Below, piece after piece: positions 25,581 through 37,965 of a stretch of 64,000 nt of DNA (position 1 is the stretch's first letter; each line of letters opens with the position of its first letter). The notes under the pieces are model-generated. The model saw nothing but the letters and a program-made list of their open reading frames with translations, had not been told where the DNA came from and ran no database searches. The translations under genes were made by a program, and so were the position numbers. Source of the stretch: the human T2T-CHM13v2.0 reference genome, Homo sapiens; assembly GCF_009914755.1 (NCBI RefSeq), contig NC_060929.1. One strand, 5' to 3'.

Positions 25581-26834
25581 AAATAACCTGGAGAAATAAA
25601 AAAGCAGCAGTTTATTAACCTGTCGTTTTGCTTATACAATATATTTGATTAGACTTAAAAGCAAATTAACTATCACAGCTAAGCAAATGACTGGGATAAA
25701 GGGCTATCTGCATGCAGAGGTTGAGAACCTGTGTCTTTTCAGGACAGGACTTTACTCAGAAGGGTCCTGGGGAGGCGGAGAGGAGCACTTGAGGAGCACT
25801 CATGCACACCTTCCTGGAGACTTGAGAAAACATTCTGCATGAAGGAAGTATGAGAAACAGATATAGGAAATTATAGAGGAGTCACAGATAGATTTTTCTC
25901 AGAGGGTGGAACAGTTGGGGAAATTTGAATTAATTTTTAAATTCACAATTAGTATGACCTCATCTGTTCTCACAGGCCAATTATCAAGCAAATTAAGTTT
26001 AGATAACAAGTCCTTTAGTAATGAAAGATTTATTTTGGAAATGAGATATTACTTGGGAAAAATTAGAATTATATACAGGAAAATAGAGATATATTTATTT
26101 AAATATTTCACCAAAGACTGACTTTGATAGGCAATGCCATTGTGCAAGAGACACCACTGGAAGAACAAACTCACCAATAACTATTGCATAGAGTATAAAC
26201 ATGGTCTAACTCAACAGTGTCTATTCCAGGAACATAAGACAATTATTGGGGGAAATTCAGGTGTGCTCTAATGCTAGGCCAGAAGCATGTTTCTCTTAAG
26301 TATTATCTTTGAGTCACTTTGAAAGTGATTTCCTAGTTAGAATAGGTGACATTTTTCTGTCTTTCTCCAAAGTTTATTTCCTTTATGGAGGAATCAATGC
26401 TCTTTGTTTCTGATCTTTCTGCTTTTAAGCATTATATTACAAACATATTCATATCACAGTCCACAGGCAATTGATTATACACACAGAAGTGCAAATTATT
26501 CAAACCAAGCAACAGTTATTAGCTGGTGACCTTCAGTAGGGTCACACACGCTCCCCAGTATCCAGCTGTGTAAGTAGTCAATACTAAATGTATTCTAGAG
26601 TTGCTTACCACTGATTTGGTAAGAACAGATGTATGCACATGAGGTGATTGGCAAACAAGCCAAAATGGTTTATAATTAAATTTTGTATTGTGTGACTCAG
26701 TCTATTAGTGCATTGGATCAGAGAAGGGAGAGATCAATGTGATTTGAGTCACTAAAAGTTTTGGAGGAGCCTACATTTGTGTTGACACTTGAAAAAAAAT
26801 GGAGATAAGCAAGAAATTAAGATTTAAAAATTCT

Positions 26835-27262
26835 TTTTGGCCACCTGATATCTAAATTTCTTCTGGTGTTTTAGAAATTCCCTATCATGTAAGGCAGAGC
26901 TGGGCTACCAATACACAGGCTGAAAATGTCACGTGCTTTTTTCTCCCATCAGCTCTTCGAGTTTAAACATGGCCACACCACCTGGGTTTGCCAAATCAGA
27001 TGCTTCTAACCCAAACTGCCAACCAGAAGCTGGGATGTTGAAGAAAGCAGGGATCATTTGCCAAATGGTCAGCTACAGAGTATCTTCACTAGACTAGTTT
27101 GAGGCATAATTCTGGGCATTGTACCTGGCTTCATGGCTTCAAAACGCCTTTCTGGTTCTCTTGAATATTCTCATATGCTACCATATATTCTTTTAGTAAG
27201 TGGGATTTTCCTCTTAAACTTGCCAGAGGTAACTTCTATTACTTTCTACTAACAACCTTGAA
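26835..27262 (+). mobile_element. LTR33-like ancient ERVL LTR
   Basis: 3' end TTTTCCTCTTAAACTTGCCAGAG...TTCTATTACTT..CAACCTTGA. Confidence 0.5.
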
Positions 27263-27332
27263 AGTAGTAGAAATGCTGTACATACAGAGACACTGCAGAG
27301 AAGACGCAGATGAGAGAATTAACACATGGTAT

Positions 27333-27996
27333 TGATATAGGCATTAAAAAGAAATTATTTAGGTAGATAATGAGGGTAAGGAAGCCCTTGTTAAGGTTGC
27401 CCTTTTAATAAAAGCAGCCCTGAAATCATTTTCCTTCCTAACAAAGAGCAGCCTGTAAAAATCGAGCTGCAGACATAGACAAGCAAGCTGGAAGCTTGCA
27501 TGAGTGAATGCCAGCAGCTGTGCCAATAGGAAAAGGCTACCTGGGGCTAGGCATGTTCAACATGGAAGCTCCATCTTCCCTTTTCCTCAACAACCACATA
27601 TACAGTAAGGAGCAGACAACATGGAACTGGCCAAGTGGAAAACCCATTTGCATAATAAAAAGATTAGGATGGGGTGGCCAGCTTCCTCAAGCACTATGTA
27701 AACATCACACCCAGTCCAATCAATCTGTGGGCCATATGTAAATCAGGCACCACCTCCTCAAGCCAGTCTATAAAATCCAGTGCAGTTCTCTGTAGGCCGG
27801 AAATCTCACTCAGGCACCTCTCTCTCTCTTGTCTTTCTCTCCTCTCTCTCTCACACAGGAGTTTTTCTCTCTTCTCCTTCTTTTGCCCACTAAACCTCAG
27901 CTCCTAAACCCACTTCTTTTGTGTCCATGTACTCAATTTCGTTGGTGTGAGATGACGAAACTCAGGTATTTACCCCAGACAAACGAGGCCGCTTCA
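27333..27996 (+). mobile_element. MER50 ERV1 solo LTR, full length
   Basis: TGATATAGGCATTAAAAAGAAATTATTTAGG...TACCCCAGACAAACGAGGCCGCTTCA; 4 bp TSD GTAT; TATAAAA at 27769. Confidence 0.9.
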
Positions 27997-28374
27997 GTAT
28001 GAGTTTCAGGAGGCACCTAACCTGGATAAAAGAATAACAGAGAAGGAAAATCTTTTCCCCCCCCTCAAACCTAGCTAAGATGTCATTTGGGCTTGACCAA
28101 ATTAACCACTGAATACCAGAAACTTAAAAAGATAGGTGGCCTATTTGTCCAGACAAAGAACAATGGTACAGTAGCCACAGTTCTTCTCCCAACCTCATCC
28201 CAATACATGATAGTCTCACGATCTGGTCATTTTTCCTAGTTGGACAGGATAGTGGGGGATGTAATATAAATGATGTCTTCCACTTGGACACTAATCTCTC
28301 TTTTCTGGGTCCAATCAGACAACTGTCTGGAGAGAAGCTAAGGTCATAAGTCTAAAAATATGCTACATTGACAA

Positions 28375-29620
28375 TCTACAACAAATTTCTGAGGAACTTG
28401 TTTAGAAGTGCAGATTCCCTGGCATATTAGTCTGTTCTCATACAGCCATGAGGAAATACTAGAGACTGTACCAAGGTTGTACCTTGACCTCTCTTAGCCA
28501 TGGCTGGAGCTGAAGAAGCTGGGACACAAGACACTAGGTCATAAGGCTGCATAACCCATTGTCTTGGTGATTAACATTTGGCTCCTCATTATTTATGTAA
28601 ATTTCTTGAATTTCTCCCCAGAAAATGGGTTTCTCTTGTCTGTCATATCCATCAAGCTGCAAATTTTCTGAACTTCTATGCTCTGCTTCCTTTTGAATGC
28701 TTTGTTGCTTAGAAATTTCTTCCACCAGATGCACTAAATTATCTCTCTCAAGTTCAAACTTCCAGAGATCTCTAGGGCAGGGGCAAAATGCCACCAGTCT
28801 CTTTGCTAAAGCATACCAAGAGTGACTTTTACTTCAGTTCCCAACAAGTTCCTAATCTCTGAGACCACATCAGCCAGGAGTTCATTGTCAATATCACTAT
28901 CAGCATTTTGGTCAAAGCCATTCAACAAGCCTCTAGGAAGTTCCAAGCTTTCCCACATCTTCCTGTCTTCTGAGCTCTCCAAGACTCTAAGAAGTTCCAA
29001 ATTTCTCCACATTTTCCTGTCTTTTTCTGAGTCCTCTAAACTGTTCCAACCTATGCCTGTTACTCAGTTCCAAAGTCGCTCCCACATTCTAAAGTATCTT
29101 ATAGCAATGCCCCACTACCTTGGTACCAATGTACTGTGTTAGTCCGTTCTCATACTGCTATGAAGAAATACCCGAGACTGGGTAATTTATAATGGAAAGA
29201 GGTTTAATTGACTCACAGTTCCACATGGCTGGGGAGGATTCAGGAAATGTACAATCATGACGGAAGACACCTCTTCACAGGGTGGCAGGAGAGAGAAGTG
29301 CAAGCAGGGGAAATGCCAGACATTTATAAAACCTTATGATAAACTTATAAATCAGATCTCGTGAGACTCACTCATTATCACAAGAACAGCATGTGGGAAC
29401 CATCCTCATGTTCAATTACCTCCACCTGGCCCCACCTTTGACATGTGGGATTATGGAGAATACAATTCAAAGTGATATTTGGGTGGGGACACAGAGCCAA
29501 ACTACATCACCTGGCCAGTCCTAAGCTTGACTCAATGGATAGCTGTGGAAAGCCCTGGAACTGGCATTTTAACAAATCTCCTGGGCTATTCTTGGAAACA
29601 CTAAGTTTACAGCACCACTT
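28375..29620. mobile_element. MER5A-like hAT element split by the THE1 insertion
   Basis: TTGTTTAGAAGTGCAGATTCCCTGG on the left; GGCATTTTAACAAATCTCC...CACTAAGTTT..CACCACT on the right. Confidence 0.6.
28423..29509 (-). mobile_element. THE1C/D MaLR element, internally deleted: 5' LTR 29135-29509, internal 28469-29134, 3' LTR stub 28423-28468
   Basis: TGTGTTAGTCCGTTCTCA...GGGGACACAGAGCCAAAC; THE1-int CTCTAGGGCAGGGGCAAAATGCC; 5 bp TSD CCTGG at 28418-28422 and 29510-29514. Confidence 0.92.
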
Positions 29621-29942
29621 ACTCAAGGGATCAAATTTGGTTTTAGTACACAACTAAAAAGTTATATTTCTTCCAGCAGGGGCTCAATCTTATAGTGTAG
29701 AGTTTCTCCCCAAACTCCATCAAATAGCATTAAATAGCAGCAGGTTCTGCTTCTCTCTGGTTTGTCTATTGATAACTGCCTCAGAATTGAGACTTCATTC
29801 TAGGAATCTCCTCATAGAGGTTAGATCTATTTCCTCTCCTCTTTCATTTTAGTTAGGGATGCTGCCAAAATTAATGTAGATGTAGGAACAAATAATCTCA
29901 AGGCAAAGCCTTATTGAACAGCACGAAAGATCTCTAAAATCT

Positions 29943-30221
29943 GGCTGGGTGTGGTGGCTCACACCTGTCATCCCAGCACTTTAGGAGGCCAAGGTGGGCA
30001 GATCCCCTGAGCTCAGGAGTTTGGGACCAGCCTGGGCAACAGAGCAAAACCCCATTTCTACAAAAATAAAAAATTAGCCAGGTGTGGTGGTGCATGCCTG
30101 TGGTCTCAGCTACTCAGGAGGCTGAGGTGAGAGGATCATTTGAGCCCAGGAGGTCAAGGCTGCAGTGAGTTAAGAGCATGCCACTGCACTGCAGCCTGAG
30201 CAACACAGCGAGACTCTGTCC

Positions 30222-30255
<34 letters not shown>
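29943..30255 (+). mobile_element. AluJ-like Alu whose tail is a (CA)n microsatellite (30225-30255)
   Basis: GAGGTCAAGGCTGCAGTGAG; TSD CTCTAAA(A/T)TCT at 29932-29942 and 30257-30267. Confidence 0.93.
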
Positions 30256-30256
<1 letters not shown>

Positions 30257-30579
30257 CTCTAAATTCTATCCACAGTCATTAAAGAAGACTAATTTATCAC
30301 AACTTTTATGTTTACCATTTCCAAATTAGATAAACACATCATCTTTTAAAAGTTCCCTATTTATGTGGATCAGAAGTTGTAAGCGGGAAATGAATCTGAG
30401 TAGATCAAAAAGAACTGGATGTATGGAAAAACTTAAACTTAAGATCATAGGCATTGGAAGTTTTTGTGTGTTGAACCAGTATAGTGAGAATGAGGCTATT
30501 GCCTTTCAATCGCAAATTTTGTAGTCATGGTGATGTGAAAACTCAAGGGTCTTATGTTTACTTTCTAGAATAGAAGAAA

Positions 30580-31395
30580 GTACTGGTTTCCTGTGGCTGG
30601 TTTAACAAATTACCACACAGTGGATGACTGAAAACAACAGAAATCTATTCTTTTATGGTTTTAGAGGCCAGAGGTCTGAAACCTACACACCAGCAGGGCC
30701 ATATTCCCTTTAGAGTCTGTAAAGGAGAATCCATTATTTGCCTCTTCCAGCTTCCAGTGGTTGTCAGCATTCTTTGACACATGGCCACATCACTACAATC
30801 CCTGCCTCCATGAAGGGGCACCATTACCTCCTCCTTTTCCACCAAATCTCTCTGTCACTTTGATAATAAGCTTGTGATTGTATTTATGTTTATCCAGATG
30901 ATATAGTATAAGATCCTTCTCTCAAAATCCTTAACTAAATCATTGGCATATAAGATAACATTTATTCTTATCATATGAAGTAATTTTCACAGTGTAATGG
31001 ACTAAATGTTTGTGTACTCCCAAAACCCCAAGTAGTATTAGGAGGAAGGACTTTTAGGATGTGTTTAGGTTGATTATAGACTTCACAAGTGGGATTAGTG
31101 TTCTTATGAGAGAGATCCCAGAGAGCTAGCCTCTTCCTTCCATCATGTGGAAACCCAATGAGAACATATCATATATGAACCAGAAATCAGGGCCTCACCA
31201 GATGCCAAATCTGCTGGAGCCTTGATCTTGGTCTTCTCAGCCTCCAGAACAATGAGAAGTAAATTTCCATTGTCTATAAGTTACCCAGTTTATAGTATTT
31301 TGTTATAGCAGCCTGAACTGACTAATATACATAGGTTCCAGGGATTAGGACATGGACATATGTTTTGGGAGAGGCCACAATTTAACCCACCACCA
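30580..31395 (-). mobile_element. MLT1C/B-like MaLR LTR interrupted by MLT1A
   Basis: TAACAAATTACCAC..AAAACAACAGAAAT.TATTCT; resumes GGTTCCAGGGATTAGGACATGGACATAT. Confidence 0.85.
30993..31329 (+). mobile_element. MLT1A0-like MaLR solo LTR nested in MLT1C
   Basis: TGTAATGGACTAAATGTTTGTGT...TGTTATAGCAGCCTGAACTGACTAATATA; TSD CACAG/CATAG. Confidence 0.85.
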
Positions 31396-33269
31396 GGATC
31401 TTAACTTGGCTTTAGAGGAAAGCTACATCCTTTAAACTAATGCAAAATTGTCTGTGTATGTATTTTTCTGGGGAGAGGATTACTAGCTTCTACCCAATTC
31501 CCAAAATGTCCCTGACTCCAAAAAAGGTTTTAAATCACTGCTTCAGTAAAAGGAAGTTGGAAGGAGAATACACTTTTAAAGTTGGAAGGTGCTTGGAGGA
31601 TTTAATCCAGTTTCCTCAATCGCCAACATGAGATTTATTCAGAGTTTTACTTGTATTTCTCTCTTCCTTTTCTGCTTCCTTTTCTCTGTAAGCTCCCGGG
31701 CTTGTGTGAAATGCACTATCAGCTCCTAAACTGACTAAACTGATGAAAGGGACTCTGTCTTCCCTGAAGTCACTACTTATCTCTGTGCCTCAGATGCTGT
31801 CATCTTCTAAAGAAGGAAAACAGCACTTAAAAAATTATTTCTGGACATCTTATCAGACTAAGAGGTCATCATGAAATGATATCTGTCTCTCAGCCCACTG
31901 TGACTGTCTCATGACTTTTACTTAAATTATCACTCATCCAAATTTCCTGAAATCCCTTCCACTCCATCTAACTATCACTCAGAAGAAAAACATTTATTTG
32001 GTCCAAAGAAACTAGCATGGGATTACTCTCAACAAATAGCAACTACAAAACTCTTCTAATCTCTCTTAAGGGTACTTCCTAGACTATATAACAGCTCTAG
32101 GGAATGAGAAGAGAAGGTAAACCTATAGGCAAAACAGATAATAACAGTGCTCCATAAACTCATAGGTTCAGGCAGTTCTCTTTTCATTCCTTCCTCATTT
32201 CAGGGGCTCCTCTTCTACCCTCAAGACTTTTCCTATTTCCACCTTAAATCCATTTATCATTTCTGAAGCCGTAGTTCTAATTGTAAAACTAATAATTTGC
32301 CCTATGTGCTCAACTCTTATTTTTTATAAGATATCTTACTTTTACTTATATTTAAGCCCTGGTATAAAGTTTAGTGTGCTTTTCCCACCTAATACCTATT
32401 TAAAATATGTAACTATTAAAGTTTGGAAAATGTTCATGAGTCCTGTTAACTCATGTACAATACCAGTAGTATAGATTTCACCTTTGGGGAACATTGTCTT
32501 CATTCATTCATTTATTTATTTATTCAGCATGTGCCTGTTATAGGTATAACTAAAGTATTTCACATTCCAATGGCATGGCTCTTTACATATCCCAAAGGAA
32601 TAAAAAGATTTAACATAATTTGAAGGGAATGCACCAATCAAGCAAAAGAAGAGAATGAACTTTGAGAGTCATTTGAAGCACGTCTGCTATCATATAGATA
32701 TGATTATTCCATCTCTTGGAAAAACGGTTATGGAAAAAGAAAAGTTTCCAGGAAACCAGTTACCAATGACTCATGAATTCCTTTTCAGGTTGTCAGCTTT
32801 CTCATTTAATGATGCCCTACCTAGTGGTCGATTTTATAATTCAGTCAGACTCTCTGTGAACAGGCAACCTCAGAAAGTACAAACCCCTAGCCCGATCATG
32901 CATTTGCAAAGAAGAAGGTTGTGCCAGGACAACTGGAACACACATCTTATTGAAGGAACTGGAGGTGAGGAATAAAGAGGGGTTTTTCTTCCACACAAGG
33001 ATTGAGAATTGAAGCAGGACACCAGGCAGATGAGAACCCTTGAGTTCTTACCAAAAACAAGACGAGGAATGGAGGAGAACACAGTAAGCTATCAATAACC
33101 TCAAAAGTATAGACATCAAACACCCCGAAAATAGAGTCCAGAGCTGTTTCATAACTGGCTTTAATGTTGCTGCCCTTGGACCCTTTCCTGTCTGCCCTTC
33201 TGGACTCAGTTTCTTCATCTATATAATTGAGAAATCTAAAATAAGTGAGTCTTGATATGTCATGATAAT

Positions 33270-33485
33270 CAGTAGTGCAGGCTCTAGGGTCAAATACACC
33301 TGGGTACATATATTGGCTTTATTACTTTCTAATTATGTGATCTGGAACAAGTAATTTTGAGCTCTGAGCCTCAGTCTCCTCAAGTATATCATGTATAATT
33401 GGGAGATTAAAATCAAGCAATGCATGAACACATGGCTCAGATCCTGCTGCACATCAAGTGCTCAGACAGTGCAATCAATAATACC
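33270..33485 (+). mobile_element. MIR SINE
   Basis: GGCTCTAGGGTCAAATACACCTGGGT...CTCTGAGCCTCAGTCTCCTCA. Confidence 0.7.
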
Positions 33486-35269
33486 ACCACTCTACTGACT
33501 GACCCAAATCAGGAATCAAACAGACCTGAATAACCGAGAGACTGTAGGTGACACGGACCAATCAGAAATGGATATGGAATGCATACTTGCTAGACAAATC
33601 CTAACTTAGAGTTGTAACTAATAGTAGACTCAGGAAACAAGTTTCTCATGAACTGAATGCAAAACTCATCCAGGAGTGTCCCTTAGAATCACCAGAGGAG
33701 CTTTTAATAACATAGGTCCTTGGGCCATGCTATAGAAGGAAAGGAGAACTTGTGCAGTGTAGGTCAATGACTCCATTTAGAGCTATTTTTATTTTTGGGC
33801 CATTTAAGAAGCTAGAGATAAACATAGAGTATTACAAAAATACTCCTGTACCTACCATCTAGAGCTGAAACAGTTTCTGTGTTTATTTTTAGGATTCATG
33901 TTTTGTAAAAGAAATTAAAATCTCATAGATAAAGTCTCATATGCCCTCATCTTTATCTCTTTGCCTTGTTTGTTCAATAGGCCATTTTGAAGAGCACTGG
34001 AAGTGGGGTCCCCTGAAGGCAGGTATTTTCCACAATCACCTTAGGTTTCCCAATTATACCCCTCCCTCATTCCTCAACACAAAGCTGTGTACACCACAGC
34101 CAAAAATCACCACTCTACCTTCAACTATTGGAAACTTGAAAGAACAAAGTCTTTAGCGGTGGCAGACTCTCTCTCTCTACCTGCTAATTCACTATAAGAG
34201 TCCACACGTTTCAACTCGGTTTTCTCTCCCAGTCCTGCATGCTGGGAAGCCAATTCCTAGCAATGAACTCATCACAGCTGAGTGAGTCCACAGAGCACTG
34301 CTCTCCTACAAAGGGTCTGAAGCATTCAGATTTGCTTTTTAGTAGTTCAACTGAACATCTCCCACACTCTAACACAATCCCTCCCCAGAGAACCCCTGAC
34401 AAAGATGTAAAATCGGAAGAACACATCAATGAGTTGGACCAGTGACACACCAGAAAGTCAGTAATAGAACAAATCTCCTTTCTGTCAGTCTGCAGACTTA
34501 ATTACAGCACCACCATTGCTCATTATCCATCCTCCTTTGCAGTCTGTGTAAGCAGAAAGATCGCAGAACACTTAACAAATGCAGGGGTTACAGGGCTAGG
34601 AGAGATATACCCTTGGGACTCTATGAAGTCAGTTTTAAGCAGTGGTGAACATAAATCCAGCTTGTAGAGTTATTTGGATGAAAGACACTGTATAAATGCA
34701 GCTCGTTACCATAATCATTAAGCAACTGTTCAGGATGAGCAAAGCTCTGTCTCTGCACCACCTCCTCCTTCCTTTAGGAAGAAACATGACTGGATTGGTC
34801 CTTGTCCATCAGTAGTGGAAAATGCAGACCAAGAGGCAATTTAGACACATTATTTTGAGCCCAGGTTCATTAATAGGCAAAACGTCCTGTTCTACATTTG
34901 TGAACACTTTGAAATTCTCTTGGTTCTGAATCAAGTACTAGTTCCCCTTAGCAAATGACATATTATTCTCATCTACCCATCAGAAAATACTTACCTAGTC
35001 TTGGTACAGAGGGTGGAAGCATGTTGCGGGCACAGGGAGAGAAGCAAGGAAGTATTTGGGCCCCTGGAGAAGACTGGTTAGATCAGCAGAGCCCATCGGC
35101 ATCTCCAATCAAGTGGATCCTCTGAAATGCTTGTGGGGAGTGGCTGGCTAAAGCAGGATAGGTCACGCCAGGTAATCAAGGAAATTTCCAACACCTCTAG
35201 TAAGGATGGCATGGGCACACTTTGACTGCCACATGCTGAAGCCTGTCAGTCTCAGAGAAATGAGGGGCA

Positions 35270-35420
35270 GGGCAATATGTCTCACACTAGAATGCATCAG
35301 AACACATGGAGGATTTATAAAACAGATTTCTGGCCTAGAGACTGATTCAATTGGCCTGGCGCTGGATCTCAGAATTTGCTTTTCTTACAAGATTACAGGT
35401 GATACTGCTGCTAGTCCAGG
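35270..35420. mobile_element. MER5-like hAT fragment
   Basis: TGCATCAGAA..TGGAGG.TTT.TAAAACAGATT.CTGG...AGAATTTGC.TTTCT.ACAAG..CAGGTGAT.CTG. Confidence 0.65.
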
Positions 35421-35599
35421 GAAGACATGGTAAGGGTAGGGTAAGAGGCCAGAGCTGAAAAGGGAAGAAACATGATTTGAATTGTATCATAGGTGTACCT
35501 TGCATCACAGCTGTGGTTTGTACCTTAAATGCATCCACTGTCCCTATCTGGGTGTCAGCTGAGACATCTGAATTAGATTGATGCTTCTCAATGTGTGTT

Positions 35600-35750
35600 T
35601 CTTTGATCATCTGCAACTGAATCACTTAGCATGCTGGCAAAATGCAAATTCCTGGGCCCAAATCCAGATATCAGAGACTCATGCCTAGGAATCTGTAGCT
35701 TAACCATCACCCCAGCTGATTCTTATAATCATTAAAGTCTGAGAACTGCT
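35600..35750. mobile_element. MER5A-like hAT element
   Basis: AAAATGCAAATTCCTGGGCCC...AGGAATCTG..TTTAAC...TGATTCTTA..AAAGT.TGAGAACTGCT. Confidence 0.7.
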
Positions 35751-36071
35751 AAACTACATAATTTCCAGCGTTCCTATTATCTCAAAATTGCCATAAACCT
35801 TGAAGACAAAAATATATGTTATTTTCTGCTCTTGAAGTGACAATTGTTATCATGTCCATGTATAAGTAAACCTTGGGGATTAAACTCCAGACTATTTTGA
35901 AAGAATAAGCCCAATCCTGGCTGCACATTAAATTCACCCCTATTGCTTACAAAACAGAAAAAATGCATGAACTTTCAAGTTTAAACCCAAACTTTCTAAA
36001 TCAGAGTGGAAGGGAAAGAGGTGAAAAAAATTCAAGAGGAAAAGCAATGGACTCTCACAATGTTTATGACC

Positions 36072-36393
36072 TGTATTAGGGTTCTCCAGAGAAAAAGAAT
36101 AAGTCACTGATATATATCAATGGTATATATGTATATATGTATATATATACATACATACACACACGTGTGTGTGTGTGTGTCTGTGTGTAGGTCAGTCTTT
36201 GCTCTATTAAGGTCTGCATTTAGTGGTTGAGGCCCATCCACATTATGGAGAGCAATGTGCTTTACTCAAAACCCATAGATTCAAATGTTTATCTCATTCA
36301 AAAACACCCTTACGAAAATATCCAGAATAATATTTGACCAACTATCTAAGCCCCATGACCCAACCAAGCTGGTACATAAAATTAATCATCATA
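36072..36393 (-). mobile_element. MLT2 (ERVL) solo LTR, internally deleted, with a (TA)n/(TG)n tract
   Basis: TGTATTAGGGTTCTCCAGAGAAA start; GAGGCCCA.CCACATTATGGAG; ACATAAAATTAATCATCA end. Confidence 0.85.
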
Positions 36394-36399
36394 TCAATC

Positions 36400-36600
36400 T
36401 CTAACTTACTCTGTAGTCTGCTTATTTCTTATATTTATAGTCTGTCATATCAATAGAAAGTAAGCTCCAATAGAAGGCAAGCTTAAATAGAAAGCAAGCT
36501 TCGATGGGACATGGCTTGTCTGTTTTTTTCACCAATGTATCTGAAGGGTCAGGAACAATGTCTGAGGCATTGTAGGCAGAAAATAAATACCTTTGGATAA
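36400..36600 (+). mobile_element. L2 3'-end fragment
   Basis: TAGAAAGTAAGCTCC...TTGTCTGTTT...GAACAATGTCT..GCAT.GTAGGCA...ATAAATA. Confidence 0.6.
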
Positions 36601-37179
36601 AGCTTTATCATCATGCTTATGAAAAATTCATCTTCAGACATATCTTTGAGCCTTAGGATTTTCCCAAACAGGGTAGATGCTTTTTATTAGATGGCACAGG
36701 ATCTATGTTCTTTACAACCCAAGGATTATCTATGGGGTCAGTTCCAGGTGTTATCTCTCTTCTAATGGAGTGGGTCAGAGGCATTTCCTCAAAAGGTGAA
36801 GGAGCATCTCAATTCTCCTGTTACCAACAAAGAGCTGGGAGCTAAGCATCCCAGGCCATAGATAATAGTGCTAATTGGAAATTATTTAGAGCTTTAATAT
36901 TCCTTTTATATCTTGGCTCTCTGAGTTATGGGATTCCTATTGCCAAGATTCACAGTGACAGGCTGTGGCTCATTTGATTTCTTTCCCTCCTCCTTTCCCC
37001 ATCTCACATTCGTGGTCCTGAACCTGCCAGTTATTTATGGAAAATTTTTAGGCAGGGTTCTCAGTGGTGAAGGAGAGTGCTTGATTCAAAGGAGCTTTGG
37101 ATATGCATAACCTGTGCAGGAATATGTTTTAATAAATGATTGCCCAACCTTGTCAAAGAGAAATAAATAGAATGAAAAT

Positions 37180-37645
37180 TGAGGTACCCTTTTGGAAACC
37201 AATGGTAACAACGTCAAGAAATTTAAAAGAGGCCTTATTCTTTGACCCAGTAATTTCTCTTTAGATAATCTATTCTAAATGTCTAGAAAGATTTATACTC
37301 AAAGATTTCCATCATAATATTCGTTCAATAGCAACCATTGGTAACATCTTAATTGCCCAACATAGGAGTTTGCTTAAATTGCAGTCACTAAATTAGAATA
37401 AAAATAGACATTCTAAATAATGTTTGCAAAGTTTACAATATGGAGATACACTCTTCATTATGTTCAGTGAAAACTTAGTACATAAAATTATTTGTAAAAT
37501 TTGACTCAGTATATTCCTGAATAAAAAATGGTTTTTTAAAAAGACAGGATATTAAAAAAAATAATATGAATATTGCTTTTATTTGATGAAAGAAAGAATG
37601 AGTGATTTTTCTTCTCCTTTTAAATTTCCCAAGTTTTAAATGCAA
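37180..37645 (+). mobile_element. L1ME 3' fragment
   Basis: CTTTTGGAAA, CTTTGACCCAGTAATTTC, TGCCCAACA.AGG. Confidence 0.55.
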
Positions 37646-37837
37646 TGCATATATGTGACTTTCTGACCCCAATGCTGAGGAAGGGCACAGCTTTAGTTAT
37701 TAATTTTTAGAGGACATGTTTTTTAAATCAATTTTTTACATCTCTTTTACCAATATCTAAAGCTAACATAGCCATGCCACATTTTTCCTCTCTTAGCTTC
37801 TGGGTGCTATCTTTTTACTAAGTAGCCCCTGAGTAGA

Positions 37838-37965
37838 GTGATAATGTAATTCATTGTCTAAATCTAGGTAGTTCTGAGAGGGAAGCAGGTGATCTTAGTA
37901 ATCATGCAGACAGCAGGCACAAACTAGGACTGTCTTAGAAAAGCAAGGACTTGTAGCCAACTTCC
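37838..37965. mobile_element. MER81/MER94-like hAT-Blackjack element
   Basis: TAATTCATTGTCTAAA...TGAGAG.GAA...AGGCACAAACTAGGACTGTC. Confidence 0.5.

Noticed and set aside
28930-29042. ~53 bp tandem duplication in THE1 internal sequence
   Set aside because: The copies are diverged, and I recall this duplication in THE1-int copies generally, so probably not locus-specific
29405-29420. DUX4 site typical of THE1 LTRs
   Set aside because: Reads TGTTCAATTA rather than TGATTCAATTA; motif disrupted
32655-33309. Overlapping 106-120 aa ORFs on both strands
   Set aside because: No recognisable protein, partly MIR-derived, no exon structure; lengths are within chance expectation
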